DNA of 64,000 nt. It comes from Christensenellales bacterium (GTDB lineage: Bacteria > Bacillota > Clostridia > Christensenellales > DTU072). The notes beneath the pieces were generated by a model. That model made no database searches, was not told the DNA's origin, and saw nothing but the letters and a program-made list of their open reading frames with translations. The stretch's first letter is position 1, and every line of letters starts with the position of its first letter. The stretch is taken from assembly GCA_050945855.1 (NCBI GenBank), contig JBMNTS010000003.1, positions 8,038 through 72,037 on the forward strand. The letters are read 5' to 3'. A program made the translations under genes and the position numbers. This document shows, in pieces, positions 1 to 11,337 of this stretch.

Positions 1-2119
<2,119 letters not shown>

Positions 2120-2125
2120 AAATCA

Positions 2126-2154
2126 ATTATAATAGAGTAGAGATTAACAGTCAA
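2126..2154 (-). promoter_or_regulatory. Sigma-A-type promoter TTGACT-17-TATAAT; the ATG of the 617-aa gene starts 7 nt after the -10
   Basis: Minus-strand -35 at 2149-2154 and -10 at 2126-2131. Start codon at 2117-2119. Confidence 0.6.
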
Positions 2155-2199
2155 GCTATTATATATCAAAGGAAGATATTACAAATATTTGGAGGGGTT

Positions 2200-2514
2200 A
2201 TGGCTTATTCTCTGGTGATGACCGCTTGCGCAAGCAGAGAGGACGCGAAAATCATTATTGATGAGATTCTGCAAAAAAGACTTGCGGCCTGCGTTCAGCT
2301 TCAGGAAGTGGAAAGTTTTTATCCGTGGAAAGGGAAAATAGAGAATTCCAAAGAGATATTGCTCCTCATTAAAACCAAATCCGCGCTGTATAAAGAGTTG
2401 GAGCAGGCCATATCGGCAAAGCATAAATATGAAATCCCGGAGATTATTCATACGCCGATTGCGGGCGGATTGGGGGCATACCTTAACTGGATAGACGAAG
2501 TTACAAAAGCTTAA
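2200..2514 (+). CDS. cutA: Divalent-cation tolerance protein CutA
   Basis: 104 aa. RLAACVQ...SFYPWKGKIE...E..LLIKT pattern typical of CutA1. GGAGGGG RBS 5 nt upstream. Confidence 0.85.
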   Translation: MAYSLVMTACASREDAKIIIDEILQKRLAACVQLQEVESFYPWKGKIENSKEILLLIKTKSALYKELEQAISAKHKYEIPEIIHTPIAGGLGAYLNWIDEVTKA

Positions 2515-2524
2515 TGCGTTCCGG

Positions 2525-3334
2525 TTAAAGGTTTTTGCACAAATCGTAAGCCCTCTTTTTGGCAACGTTCAAATGGCGCGCCGCTATCGCGGAGGCGTCT
2601 TTTTTGCTTACGCCCATTTGCAACAGTTCGGTAAGCTCTTTGATAATGTCCTCGTCGGTGCAAACCTGCTCTTCACTAAAGCCTTCTATTATCAGCACAA
2701 ATTCCCCTTTTTCGTTTTGCGCTTGCAACTCGCCCAGGATTCCGCAGTCCACGCTCTCGTATATCTTAGTCATTTCCTTGATTATACATATCTTCCTTTT
2801 GCCGAGAATCTCGCTTGCAAGCTTTAACTCCTCCTTAATATCGTGCGGCGCGGAATAAATAACCAAAGGCAACCGCTCTTTTGCGTATTGGGCAAGCCTG
2901 TTTTTCTTTTGGGAGTCCGTCCCGTATAAAAAGCCCAGAAACACAAAGCCGTCCGCCTCCATGCCGGACAAAGCTATGGCGGTGACCGCGGCGCTTGCGC
3001 CGGGAATTGCCGTAATCCTTATGCCCGCCTGCCTTGCCAAGGACACGACGACAGCCCCCGGGTCGCTGATGCAGGGCATGCCCGCGTCGGAAACCAAAGC
3101 CACGTTTGCCCCCGTCAAGAGCTCATCTATTATCCTTTGCGCCGATTGCCTTTCGTTATGTTTATGGTAGCTGATAAGACGTTTTTGGATACCCAGATGC
3201 GTAAGCAAGCCCAAAGTGTGCCGGGTATCCTCGCACGCGATAAGGTCAACGCTCTTAAGCGTTTCTATCGCCCTTAAAGTAATATCGCCTAAGTTGCCTA
3301 TGGGTGTTGCCACAAGATACAACGCGCCCGCCAT
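2525..3334 (-). CDS. rsmI: 16S rRNA (cytidine1402-2'-O)-methyltransferase RsmI
   Basis: N-terminus LYLVATPIGNLGDITLRAIETLKSVDLIACEDTRHT is the RsmI/tetrapyrrole-methylase-like signature. Sits next to a yabB-like methyltransferase, as in Bacillus. Confidence 0.9.
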   Translation of the reverse strand: MAGALYLVATPIGNLGDITLRAIETLKSVDLIACEDTRHTLGLLTHLGIQKRLISYHKHNERQSAQRIIDELLTGANVALVSDAGMPCISDPGAVVVSLARQAGIRITAIPGASAAVTAIALSGMEADGFVFLGFLYGTDSQKKNRLAQYAKERLPLVIYSAPHDIKEELKLASEILGKRKICIIKEMTKIYESVDCGILGELQAQNEKGEFVLIIEGFSEEQVCTDEDIIKELTELLQMGVSKKDASAIAARHLNVAKKRAYDLCKNL

Positions 3335-3343
3335 ATATCTCTC

Positions 3344-4066
3344 CTAATCCAAATGATAAATCTGCCTTGCGTAAGAAGTCATTGCGCCCGAAGCATCGTA
3401 TACCGTCAAGGGCTTATCGAATTTCAGTCCGGGTTTGCCCCCCGCTTTGCCTTCTATAATAATGGTATCTATATCTTTTTCGGGCGTAGGCTGTATGGGT
3501 ACAAGCCGCTTGGGCTCTATCCGCTCTGCGCGCATATGCGCAATAATTTCCGCCAGCCTGTCCGCGCGGTGCACCATATAAAACCTGCCGCCGAATTTCA
3601 GCAGTTTTGCCGCGGAGGCTATTACCTCCTCAAGGGTTACCGCCTGCTCGCTGCGGCAGATATCTATTTCGTTATCGCTGAAGGCGCTCTTTTTTAGGTA
3701 AGGCGGGTTTACGCATACCGCGTCCATGCTTGCCTCGCCTAAAAGTTTGTAAGCGTCCTGCATTCTGCCTTGAATGATTTCCACGCGTTCCCGCAAGCCG
3801 TTAAGCTCGACATTTCTTTGAGCCAGGGTCGCAAGCCGCGGCTGCAATTCTATGCCGATTATCCTTTTTGCGCGGGTCTTTTTGGCAGCCAGCACTGCCA
3901 GTATGCCGCTGCCCGTGCCAAGATCCGCCAAAGTTTCCTTAGCGCCCGCCTTGACAAAATGACTCAGCAGAATACTGTCCTGATTAAAGCAATATCCGTC
4001 CGGATACTGAATGAGCCTAAGGCCTTTAAACATTAAGTCGTCTATTCTCTCATTTTGCGTCAGCAT
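3344..4066 (-). CDS. tRNA1(Val) (adenine37-N6)-methyltransferase-like SAM-dependent methyltransferase (YabB/YfiC/TrmN6 family)
   Basis: DLGTGSGILA SAM motif and NPPY catalytic motif. Start moved to MLTQNERIDDL (4066) by homolog-length reasoning and an extended -10 (TGcTATAAT) ending 6 nt before this ATG. The ORF track starts at 4084. Confidence 0.75.
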   Translation of the reverse strand: MLTQNERIDDLMFKGLRLIQYPDGYCFNQDSILLSHFVKAGAKETLADLGTGSGILAVLAAKKTRAKRIIGIELQPRLATLAQRNVELNGLRERVEIIQGRMQDAYKLLGEASMDAVCVNPPYLKKSAFSDNEIDICRSEQAVTLEEVIASAAKLLKFGGRFYMVHRADRLAEIIAHMRAERIEPKRLVPIQPTPEKDIDTIIIEGKAGGKPGLKFDKPLTVYDASGAMTSYARQIYHLD

Positions 4067-4072
4067 AAGCTG

Positions 4073-4081
4073 ATTATAGCA
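4073..4081 (-). promoter_or_regulatory. Extended -10 promoter TGcTATAAT; the ATG of the methyltransferase starts 7 nt after the -10
   Basis: Minus-strand TATAAT at 4073-4078, preceded by TGC. No good -35. Confidence 0.45.
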
Positions 4082-4230
4082 CATTTGCCGTTTTATTAAT
4101 AGTTTTTATCTGTTTTTTATATCAATATTCCGCGCTGCTGGCAAAGGCAGGAAAAAATTATGTTATACACTAGACCAAAAGCAAAAAAAAGAGTATAATA
4201 ATATTATTAAGATTCTTGGAGGTGCTATTA

Positions 4231-5160
4231 ATGCCTTTAGTAAATACAAGGGAAATGTTTAAAAAGGCCTATGCGGAAGGTTACGCCATAGGAGCGTTTA
4301 ACGTAAACAATATGGAGACTATACAGGGTATCGTCACCGCGGCGCAGGAAGAGAGAGCGCCTCTCATCCTTCAGGTTTCCGCGGGCGCGCGCAAATATGC
4401 CAACCCCGTATATCTGCTCAAAATGGTGGAGGCGGCGGTAGCTACCTCCGATATCCCCATCGCTCTGCACTTAGACCACGGGGACAGCTTTGAGTTGTGC
4501 AAGGACTGCGTTGACAAGGGTTTTACCTCGGTAATGATTGACGCTTCTCACCACAGCTTTGAGGAGAACGTCAAAATCACCAAAGCGGTTGTGGATTACG
4601 CCCACCAATACAACGTAACAGTTGAGGCGGAGCTTGGCAGGCTGGCGGGCATTGAGGACGCAATCAACGTAAGCGACGCGGATTCCCGCTATACCGACCC
4701 TAACGAAGTTCAGGAATTTGTGCAAAGGACGGGAGTGGACAGCCTCGCGATAGCGATAGGCACTTCGCACGGCGCTTTTAAGTTTAAGGGGGAGGCAAAA
4801 CTGCGTTTTGATATTTTGGAAGAAGTCGGCAAAAGATTGCCCGGTTTCCCCATTGTATTGCACGGCGCAAGCAGCGTGCCTCAGGATTTGGCGGAAATCA
4901 TTAATCAGTACGGCGGCAATATGCCCGGCGCCAAAGGGGTACCCGAATATATGCTGCGCAAAGCGGCGGAAATGGCGGTATGCAAAATCAATATCGACAG
5001 CGATTTAAGGATGGCGGTTACGGCAACTGTAAGAAAATACTTCGCGGACAATCCCTCCCACTTTGACCCCCGCCAATATCTCGGCCCGGCAAGGCAGGCG
5101 GTAAAGGAAATAGTGCGCCATAAGCTGATTAACGTACTGGGTTGCTCCGGCAAAGCCTGA
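4231..5160 (+). CDS. fba: Class II fructose-1,6-bisphosphate aldolase
   Basis: MPLVNTREMFKKAYAEGYAIGAFNVNN...LHLDHG...HGASS. GGAGGTG RBS ends 7 nt before ATG 4231. The track's TTG at 4216 lies inside the RBS. Confidence 0.95.
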   Translation: MPLVNTREMFKKAYAEGYAIGAFNVNNMETIQGIVTAAQEERAPLILQVSAGARKYANPVYLLKMVEAAVATSDIPIALHLDHGDSFELCKDCVDKGFTSVMIDASHHSFEENVKITKAVVDYAHQYNVTVEAELGRLAGIEDAINVSDADSRYTDPNEVQEFVQRTGVDSLAIAIGTSHGAFKFKGEAKLRFDILEEVGKRLPGFPIVLHGASSVPQDLAEIINQYGGNMPGAKGVPEYMLRKAAEMAVCKINIDSDLRMAVTATVRKYFADNPSHFDPRQYLGPARQAVKEIVRHKLINVLGCSGKA

Positions 5161-5190
5161 TAACGGAAAAACCAAAAAATAAAGCGTATT

Positions 5191-5228
5191 AAAAAAGCCT
5201 TTGAATTTTCTCAAAGGCTTTGATTTTT
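5191..5228. terminator. Bidirectional intrinsic terminator between convergent fba and the Big_2 operon
   Basis: AAGCCTTTGA-attttc-TCAAAGGCTT flanked by an A-run and a T-run. Confidence 0.8.
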
Positions 5229-8032
5229 TAATTGCCTTGCAATCTGATTAGCAACTGCTCATCGTTAGGACAAGGCTGATTAGGCAGAATCTCCGGGGTG
5301 TTTTTTCTGAATTTATAGGACACTATATAGCAGGGCTTGTCCATACGCAAGGACACCTTGTTGGAAGAGCCGGGAGTTTCGGGTAATGTAAAAAGAGTCT
5401 GGAAAAGCGGAAGCAGCGTACCTATAATGCCGCCGTCCTGTGCGGTTGGCATAGGCATTTTCATTATTTCATAGGAAGGTCCGTTAATATAGATAGTATT
5501 AGGGTCGAGATTGTTCCACATCCCGCTGACAAAGCCCATTAAGTTTACCCATTCTGTGCCGTCCTGGTCTGTATATTTAAGACTGCTGTACTTGTCCATG
5601 GATAACAGCCTTGCCATTTCCTTTTTAAGATAGGTATCAAGCAGGTTTTGTAAAGTCTCATACCCCTGCAGCCATTCGGGGTCAATAAGACCGACGAAAA
5701 CGGAATCCAGCTGATTGAGTCTTTTCCAATTATAATTGTCTATAAATCCTTCTATGCGAACGTTTATTTCCACTTTTTCAAATTTATTAAGTATATAATC
5801 AGCAGTAATCTTGTTTGAACTCACGGATACGGGCATAATCATTATGGAAGGACCGGTAGAAGCCTTAAACACTATGTTTCTGAATACCGCTTCGCTGGTC
5901 GGGAAATGCCCTCTCTGGTCAATAAACACGGGAAATCTGTAACAATCGCCGATAATCGAGCCTTCCACCAATAAGTTGTAACTATATCGGGCTTCATAGT
6001 CAAAATCTCCCACAAAACGGAAACCGTCGCCGAAGTATCGGATATGATTATACCTTAATATAATTTGCTTATCGAAAGCGTCGCTGTCGGCATAGATATC
6101 CATAGCCATTCCTCTTGCTTCAAAATCTTCCAGTCTGACTTCAGCATTATCGGCTATGGCGGTGCCTTTAAAAGACACGTTCTCTATAATCAATTTGTCT
6201 AAAGATTCTTTAATAACATTGGTATTAATCAAAAATATACTGGTAAATCTGGCCATACCCTTTTCATTGCCGGGTATTTTTTCATATCCGTTCTGCTTGT
6301 CATAACGATCCACCCATTTCTCCGCGGTTATCGTATAGCCGTTGCCGTAAAAACAGTTTTTGAGGGACGCAAAACTATTGCTGCTTGTCTGGTCCTGAGT
6401 GAAATCCACATCGGTATGCAATGCGATAGGCGCTGCCAGATAATTGGAAAGGAAGTTGATAGTATTGTAATATCCGCTGGGAGATAAGACTAAATCCTCC
6501 TCGTCTACATTGACCGCTTCCTTATCCTCCAGCATTCTGAAGGTATAGCTTTTGGACAGCTGGGTTTTGACGTTATGCACAAGCTCGGTGGCTATCACCT
6601 TTACGTCCTTGCCGCAGGCGGCTTCCTTAAAGGTAATAACGCCATTCTGGTCTATGGAGGCGTATTCCGGATTGGCGACTTCCCAGAACAGCCTGAAATC
6701 TTCTATTACAGTTCCGCGGAAGGTGGCGGAGCCGGGATGGTAAAAGAGCTGGTAACTATGGGTAAACTCATTTTTGTTAAGGCTGCCGGAAATAAAGTTG
6801 TATCCCCATACCCTTTCCAGTTTAATGCCCACCTTATTAAAGTTTTCGGTAAGATTAAGCAAAAAGGTGTTTGCCCTGAGGGTAACCTTAATTACTATCT
6901 CTTTGTATTCCCCGTTGGAAAGGGTCGCTCTCACCGTCGCCACGCCTTGTTTTACGGGCAAAAGCACGCCCGATTCCGAAACTTTGAGCACACTCTCGTC
7001 CGAAGAGGAAAATACTGCGTTGAGAGTGGCGGGGTTGGAAAAGTCCAAATAAGCCGCGCTCAAAAAATATCCGCCGTTGTCAATATATACTATCGCTTGA
7101 TCTTGCTCGTCATAGCTGAAATATTCACGATTGGCGATATCCCATTCGTTATAAGGGATATTATACACTTCCACCTGCTGCTCAAGCTCGCCGTATGTCA
7201 CTTTGTACAGGGCTTTTTCCTGATTGGAAGAAACCAAAGTAATTTCGGTGCTGCCGTTTTGCAGCACAAGGTTATCCTTAATCCATTGCTCGCTGTTAGA
7301 CTCGCTGTTAAGGTAAATCTTGGAGCTTTTCACTACCGCGCGGGTAGTGTCTACCTCAATTTCCGCCGTATGCTTGCGCTCGGCCATATCCACGACGGCA
7401 GTGCTTATTGTCGTCTGCCCCAGCCCCTTAATGCTCGCCACGCCGTTTTGGTCCACGCTCACGATGTCCGGACGGCTGCTCTTCCAAGTGATTATATTGG
7501 AGCCTATCGCCTCAGCGGGGTAGAAATTGGCGTAAAATTTGGTGGTGTCAGTCAAGGGATATGTGCCCTCTACAGGCTGCCCGTTCGCCGCTATGGAAAA
7601 GCTGGCGATGTAATTGCTGGTTATATAAATGTTGATTACTTTTTTGAGATTGTAATTGCTCTTGGGATAAATCACTAAGCCCACTTCACCGGGAGACGCC
7701 GCCTCGATAGTATATTTGCGGCCCTTTTCCTCTTGCTTGGTCAGGGTCACTCTGCCCGTGCTGTCTTCCGTAAATGTGTAATCAATTTCCGAATTGTAGC
7801 TTATCGTGGGCAATATGATAATGATAATCTGCATACTACCCGGCTTGCCCCCATCTTCCAAAGGCAGAGTATAAGTGCGGGTTTCGTCAAGCGGCTTGTC
7901 GTTGATATCGTGGATAATCATTTTTTCCGCGTTAACGTTGATGGTAGCGGAAATCACCGCTCCCGTAAGCATTAAAGAAAATACCACTACGACAGGTATA
8001 ATTATAATAACAGCTATCAAAAACTTTTTCAT
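5228..8032 (-). CDS. Large secreted/anchored protein with bacterial Ig-like (Big_2) repeats and a C-terminal beta-helix-like region
   Basis: 934 aa. N-terminal TM/signal anchor LIAVIIIIPVVVVFSLML. Big_2-like segments (ITWKSSRPDIVSVDQNGVASIKGLGQTTISTAV; SSSDESVLKVSESGVLLPVKQGVATVRA). Start overlaps the permease stop (UAAUG). Confidence 0.7.
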   Translation of the reverse strand: MKKFLIAVIIIIPVVVVFSLMLTGAVISATINVNAEKMIIHDINDKPLDETRTYTLPLEDGGKPGSMQIIIIILPTISYNSEIDYTFTEDSTGRVTLTKQEEKGRKYTIEAASPGEVGLVIYPKSNYNLKKVINIYITSNYIASFSIAANGQPVEGTYPLTDTTKFYANFYPAEAIGSNIITWKSSRPDIVSVDQNGVASIKGLGQTTISTAVVDMAERKHTAEIEVDTTRAVVKSSKIYLNSESNSEQWIKDNLVLQNGSTEITLVSSNQEKALYKVTYGELEQQVEVYNIPYNEWDIANREYFSYDEQDQAIVYIDNGGYFLSAAYLDFSNPATLNAVFSSSDESVLKVSESGVLLPVKQGVATVRATLSNGEYKEIVIKVTLRANTFLLNLTENFNKVGIKLERVWGYNFISGSLNKNEFTHSYQLFYHPGSATFRGTVIEDFRLFWEVANPEYASIDQNGVITFKEAACGKDVKVIATELVHNVKTQLSKSYTFRMLEDKEAVNVDEEDLVLSPSGYYNTINFLSNYLAAPIALHTDVDFTQDQTSSNSFASLKNCFYGNGYTITAEKWVDRYDKQNGYEKIPGNEKGMARFTSIFLINTNVIKESLDKLIIENVSFKGTAIADNAEVRLEDFEARGMAMDIYADSDAFDKQIILRYNHIRYFGDGFRFVGDFDYEARYSYNLLVEGSIIGDCYRFPVFIDQRGHFPTSEAVFRNIVFKASTGPSIMIMPVSVSSNKITADYILNKFEKVEINVRIEGFIDNYNWKRLNQLDSVFVGLIDPEWLQGYETLQNLLDTYLKKEMARLLSMDKYSSLKYTDQDGTEWVNLMGFVSGMWNNLDPNTIYINGPSYEIMKMPMPTAQDGGIIGTLLPLFQTLFTLPETPGSSNKVSLRMDKPCYIVSYKFRKNTPEILPNQPCPNDEQLLIRLQGN

Positions 8033-9675
8033 TACGTTATCCTATTATAATGTTTTTTCAGATTGATGGAATAGGACAAGATACAATACAAGCCGAATAT
8101 AAAAGATATGCCGCTGATTATCAAAAGCATCCATTGGTCAACGGTAAGCACCTCTTTGTCAATAACAAAGAAGGAATCAAGCAGGTAAGAGATAAGCATA
8201 GCCAAAATACCCAAAAAGACGGATACCGCAAAGCCTATCCCTACGCTTGCGGTGGTATTTACGTTGCCGCTGACCAATTCCCCCTGGCCGCTGAGATTGA
8301 ACTTGGGCCGCTTGACATCCATTTTCATAGAGCGCAGGGTCAAAGCGACAGCCAAAAACTGCACAATGGCGTACAGCCAGACAGCGTCGTCAAGCGGAAT
8401 TTGCTTAAAATAAACTATGCCCGCGATTGTGACCACATTGGCAAGAATTGATACCAGCAGATACATGGTAAATTTGGCTAAAAGCTGAGTGCGTATAGAT
8501 ACCGGAATAACCTTGGTATGGTAGAAATTGTCCCCCTCTCTTGTTATACTGGTGGCGGAAAAAGATATTATTACCGTGTTGAAAATCAGCATTACAAGCA
8601 GGGTAAGTCCTAGGATAATCTTGTCGCCTATATCGTTTTTGCCTATTCCTATCGCGATTTTGTTGCAAAAATATACCATTACCGGCATTGAGCAGGCAAG
8701 CACAAAATACTGGAAAGAATAATTGGTGGAGCGCATTACCTGCAAAAATTCCTTTTTCAGCAAGGTAAAGAATATGGGACGGCGAGTAAACCGGCCGCGC
8801 TTTTTGCGATATGCGGAGCCCTCTATTTCCACGTTTTTAAGCAGCGTCCTCTGATATACGAACACAATGAGCAGTATTACCAAAAACAAAAGGAAGACGG
8901 AAAGCACCATCAGTATAAACAGCGCGAACACGGGATTTTTCTGCAATACGAGGTCCGCGAAATATTTAGTCGGATAGCAGTATAGGGCTACCTCTTTAAA
9001 AATCTCAATCATTTTGGGGTCAAAGACGGAAAAGCTTTGCCCTTTAAGGTAGGTGACCATGCTTTGAAAAAGGGTAATATACGCGGTAAACATCGCCGTC
9101 ACGCTCACCGCCATAATAATGGTAACCAGTCCGTATCTGTGCCTGATTTTGTTTGTCACCATCATTACGGGTATCGCCAGCAGATTGCTGATAAAGAAAG
9201 GTATAAAAACTATAAAAGCGGCGGCGGCCGGAATAAGTCTTAAAAACTGTTTGGGTACGGGCACCACTCTGGAGTAAGCGAACATCACGGGCACCAGCAC
9301 CACCGCGGTGACCAAAATCTGATTAATAATAAGGTACAGCGTTTTGGAGATAAACACCTCGTAGCCTTTGACGGGGAGGCGCATCAGCATCTCGTTGTCG
9401 CCTTTGTAATATAGCACCTTGGCCACGCTGGATACTCCCGTAAAACAGAAGAACAAAAACATGCCCGTAAACAAAAAGACAAGGATTTCGTAGCCCAATC
9501 CCTCTTTGACAAACATCTCAAAAATAACTTCGCTTGCCCACAGCACCAAAACATAAAAGGCGAGAGCGAAAATTGCGGTGCCTACCGTCTTTTTGAGCGT
9601 CTTTTTGTCCTTTAGAGAAAAGGCCCCGAAGTTGTTTCGAAACTCCAGTTTTAAAAGAGTAAAAGCAATTTTCAT
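8032..9675 (-). CDS. Multi-pass ABC exporter permease (putative ABC-exporter family)
   Basis: 547 aa, about 12 hydrophobic segments. Located between the ABC ATPase and the Big_2 protein with 1-nt and 5-nt junctions. Confidence 0.7.
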   Translation of the reverse strand: MKIAFTLLKLEFRNNFGAFSLKDKKTLKKTVGTAIFALAFYVLVLWASEVIFEMFVKEGLGYEILVFLFTGMFLFFCFTGVSSVAKVLYYKGDNEMLMRLPVKGYEVFISKTLYLIINQILVTAVVLVPVMFAYSRVVPVPKQFLRLIPAAAAFIVFIPFFISNLLAIPVMMVTNKIRHRYGLVTIIMAVSVTAMFTAYITLFQSMVTYLKGQSFSVFDPKMIEIFKEVALYCYPTKYFADLVLQKNPVFALFILMVLSVFLLFLVILLIVFVYQRTLLKNVEIEGSAYRKKRGRFTRRPIFFTLLKKEFLQVMRSTNYSFQYFVLACSMPVMVYFCNKIAIGIGKNDIGDKIILGLTLLVMLIFNTVIISFSATSITREGDNFYHTKVIPVSIRTQLLAKFTMYLLVSILANVVTIAGIVYFKQIPLDDAVWLYAIVQFLAVALTLRSMKMDVKRPKFNLSGQGELVSGNVNTTASVGIGFAVSVFLGILAMLISYLLDSFFVIDKEVLTVDQWMLLIISGISFIFGLYCILSYSINLKKHYNRIT

Positions 9676-9680
9676 AATTA

Positions 9681-10400
9681 CTACTCCTCTTCTCTGGTTA
9701 TGGCAAGGAAGTCTTCTTCCAGCGTTTCCTTATTGCCCTCGACGGTCAAGTCAATAATGTCATGCAGCTTGCCGTCGTGTATGATAGCCGCCCTGTCGCA
9801 CAGCTTGGCTACCAAATCCAGATTGTGAGAAGAAAAGAACACGGTGTTGCCCTGATTGCAATGCTCTCTCATGTAGCTGATTATCTCCACCATAGATTGG
9901 GGGTCGAGTCCCATCATAGGCTCGTCAAGCACCCACAGCTTGGGCTGGTGTATAAGCGCGGCAATGATGCATATCTTTTGCTTCATACCGTGAGAGTATG
10001 ACTTTATCTGAGTATCTATGGCATGCGTAAGGCGGAACATTTTGACAAACCTGTTGAAGCGCTCCATTCTGTCGAACTTGCTTACCCTGTATAAGTCGGC
10101 CATATAGTTGACGTATTCTCTGCCGGTAAGCTTTTCGTACACGCTGTGGTTGTCAGGCACGTATCCCATATTAAGCTTTGCCTCTATGCTTTCCGTCTTG
10201 ATGTCCTTTCCGCATATCTTTATGGAGCCTCCGTTAAAAGGGTAAATGCCGGTTATGCATTTTATTGTCGTGGACTTACCCGCTCCGTTCTTTCCGAGAA
10301 AACCAAAAATCTCCCCCTCCTTAAGCTCGAGACTTAAATTCTCTACCGCGAATCTTTCACTGTTAAGGTATTTCTTATATAGATTCTTTATTTCCAGCAT
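9681..10400 (-). CDS. ABC transporter ATP-binding protein
   Basis: Walker A GKNGAGKST, signature YSHGMKQK, Walker B LWVLDEP. Start set at MLEIKNL (AAGGAA SD 10 nt upstream). The track starts at 10421. Confidence 0.85.
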   Translation of the reverse strand: MLEIKNLYKKYLNSERFAVENLSLELKEGEIFGFLGKNGAGKSTTIKCITGIYPFNGGSIKICGKDIKTESIEAKLNMGYVPDNHSVYEKLTGREYVNYMADLYRVSKFDRMERFNRFVKMFRLTHAIDTQIKSYSHGMKQKICIIAALIHQPKLWVLDEPMMGLDPQSMVEIISYMREHCNQGNTVFFSSHNLDLVAKLCDRAAIIHDGKLHDIIDLTVEGNKETLEEDFLAITREEE

Positions 10401-10541
10401 GAGATACTTTTCCTTCATCATTTAAATAATAATGCTATTATATCAAAGTCTAATATAGATGTCAACCATAGCTTATAACACTGATTTTAGAATGTCAAAC
10501 CTAACATTTTGGGGATTTTTCGCATAAATATGGCTAATTTA

Positions 10542-10570
10542 TTGCAAAAAACAGCTTATTAGGCTATAAT
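10542..10570 (+). promoter_or_regulatory. Promoter TTGCAA-17-TATAAT (SDR gene)
   Basis: Hexamers at 10542-10547 and 10565-10570. Confidence 0.6.
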
Positions 10571-10602
10571 ATTAACGATTTTTTGATAAATGAGGAGCTA
10601 AA

Positions 10603-11331
10603 ATGAAGCCAAATGTACTGATTACGGGCGGAGCAACGGGTATCGGAAGGGCAATTTCCCTTCGTTTTGCGCAGGCAGGATATAACGTTTTTTATACTTA
10701 CAACAAAAGCGAAAAGGAAGCGCAATCGCTGCAAAGTCAGCTTTCGGGATACCAAATAATGCATTATGGGTTACATTGTGACGCAAATAACGTTGGGGAA
10801 ATCGAGCATGTTTGCACCCAAATTGTTGCCAAATACGGCAATATAGGCACCCTTATTAATAATTGTGGGGTTCCTAAACGCGCGTTATTGGCAGATACAG
10901 GCGTGGAAGAATATGACGAGATAATGAATGTCAATCTGCGAAGCGCGTTTTTGTTTTGCAAATATCTTTCCTGCGGCATGCGGGAGAGCGGGGGACGAAT
11001 CATCAATATAAGCAGCATCTGGGGCATAAAGGGCGCTTGCATGGAGAGTATCTACAGCGCAAGCAAGCACGCGCTTGCGGGGCTTACCCGCTCTCTTGCT
11101 TACGAGCTTGCGCCTTGCGATATCACCGTCAACGCGGTGGCGCCCGGAGTCATAAACACCAAGATGAACGACTGCCTCAGCGCGGCGGAAATGGAGGCGC
11201 TGCGCCGGTCTATACCCTTAGGCAGGCTGGGCACTCCGGAGGATGTGGCGGAGGCCGTATTCTTTCTTGCTAGCAAAGAGGCGGGATATATTACGGGTCA
11301 GGTACTGGCCGTGGACGGAGGTTTAAGCTAG
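10603..11331 (+). CDS. SDR-family oxidoreductase (FabG-like 3-oxoacyl reductase)
   Basis: TGGATGIGRA cofactor motif, YSASKHAL catalytic motif, 242 aa. Confidence 0.85.
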   Translation: MKPNVLITGGATGIGRAISLRFAQAGYNVFYTYNKSEKEAQSLQSQLSGYQIMHYGLHCDANNVGEIEHVCTQIVAKYGNIGTLINNCGVPKRALLADTGVEEYDEIMNVNLRSAFLFCKYLSCGMRESGGRIINISSIWGIKGACMESIYSASKHALAGLTRSLAYELAPCDITVNAVAPGVINTKMNDCLSAAEMEALRRSIPLGRLGTPEDVAEAVFFLASKEAGYITGQVLAVDGGLS

Positions 11332-11337
11332 AGTAAC

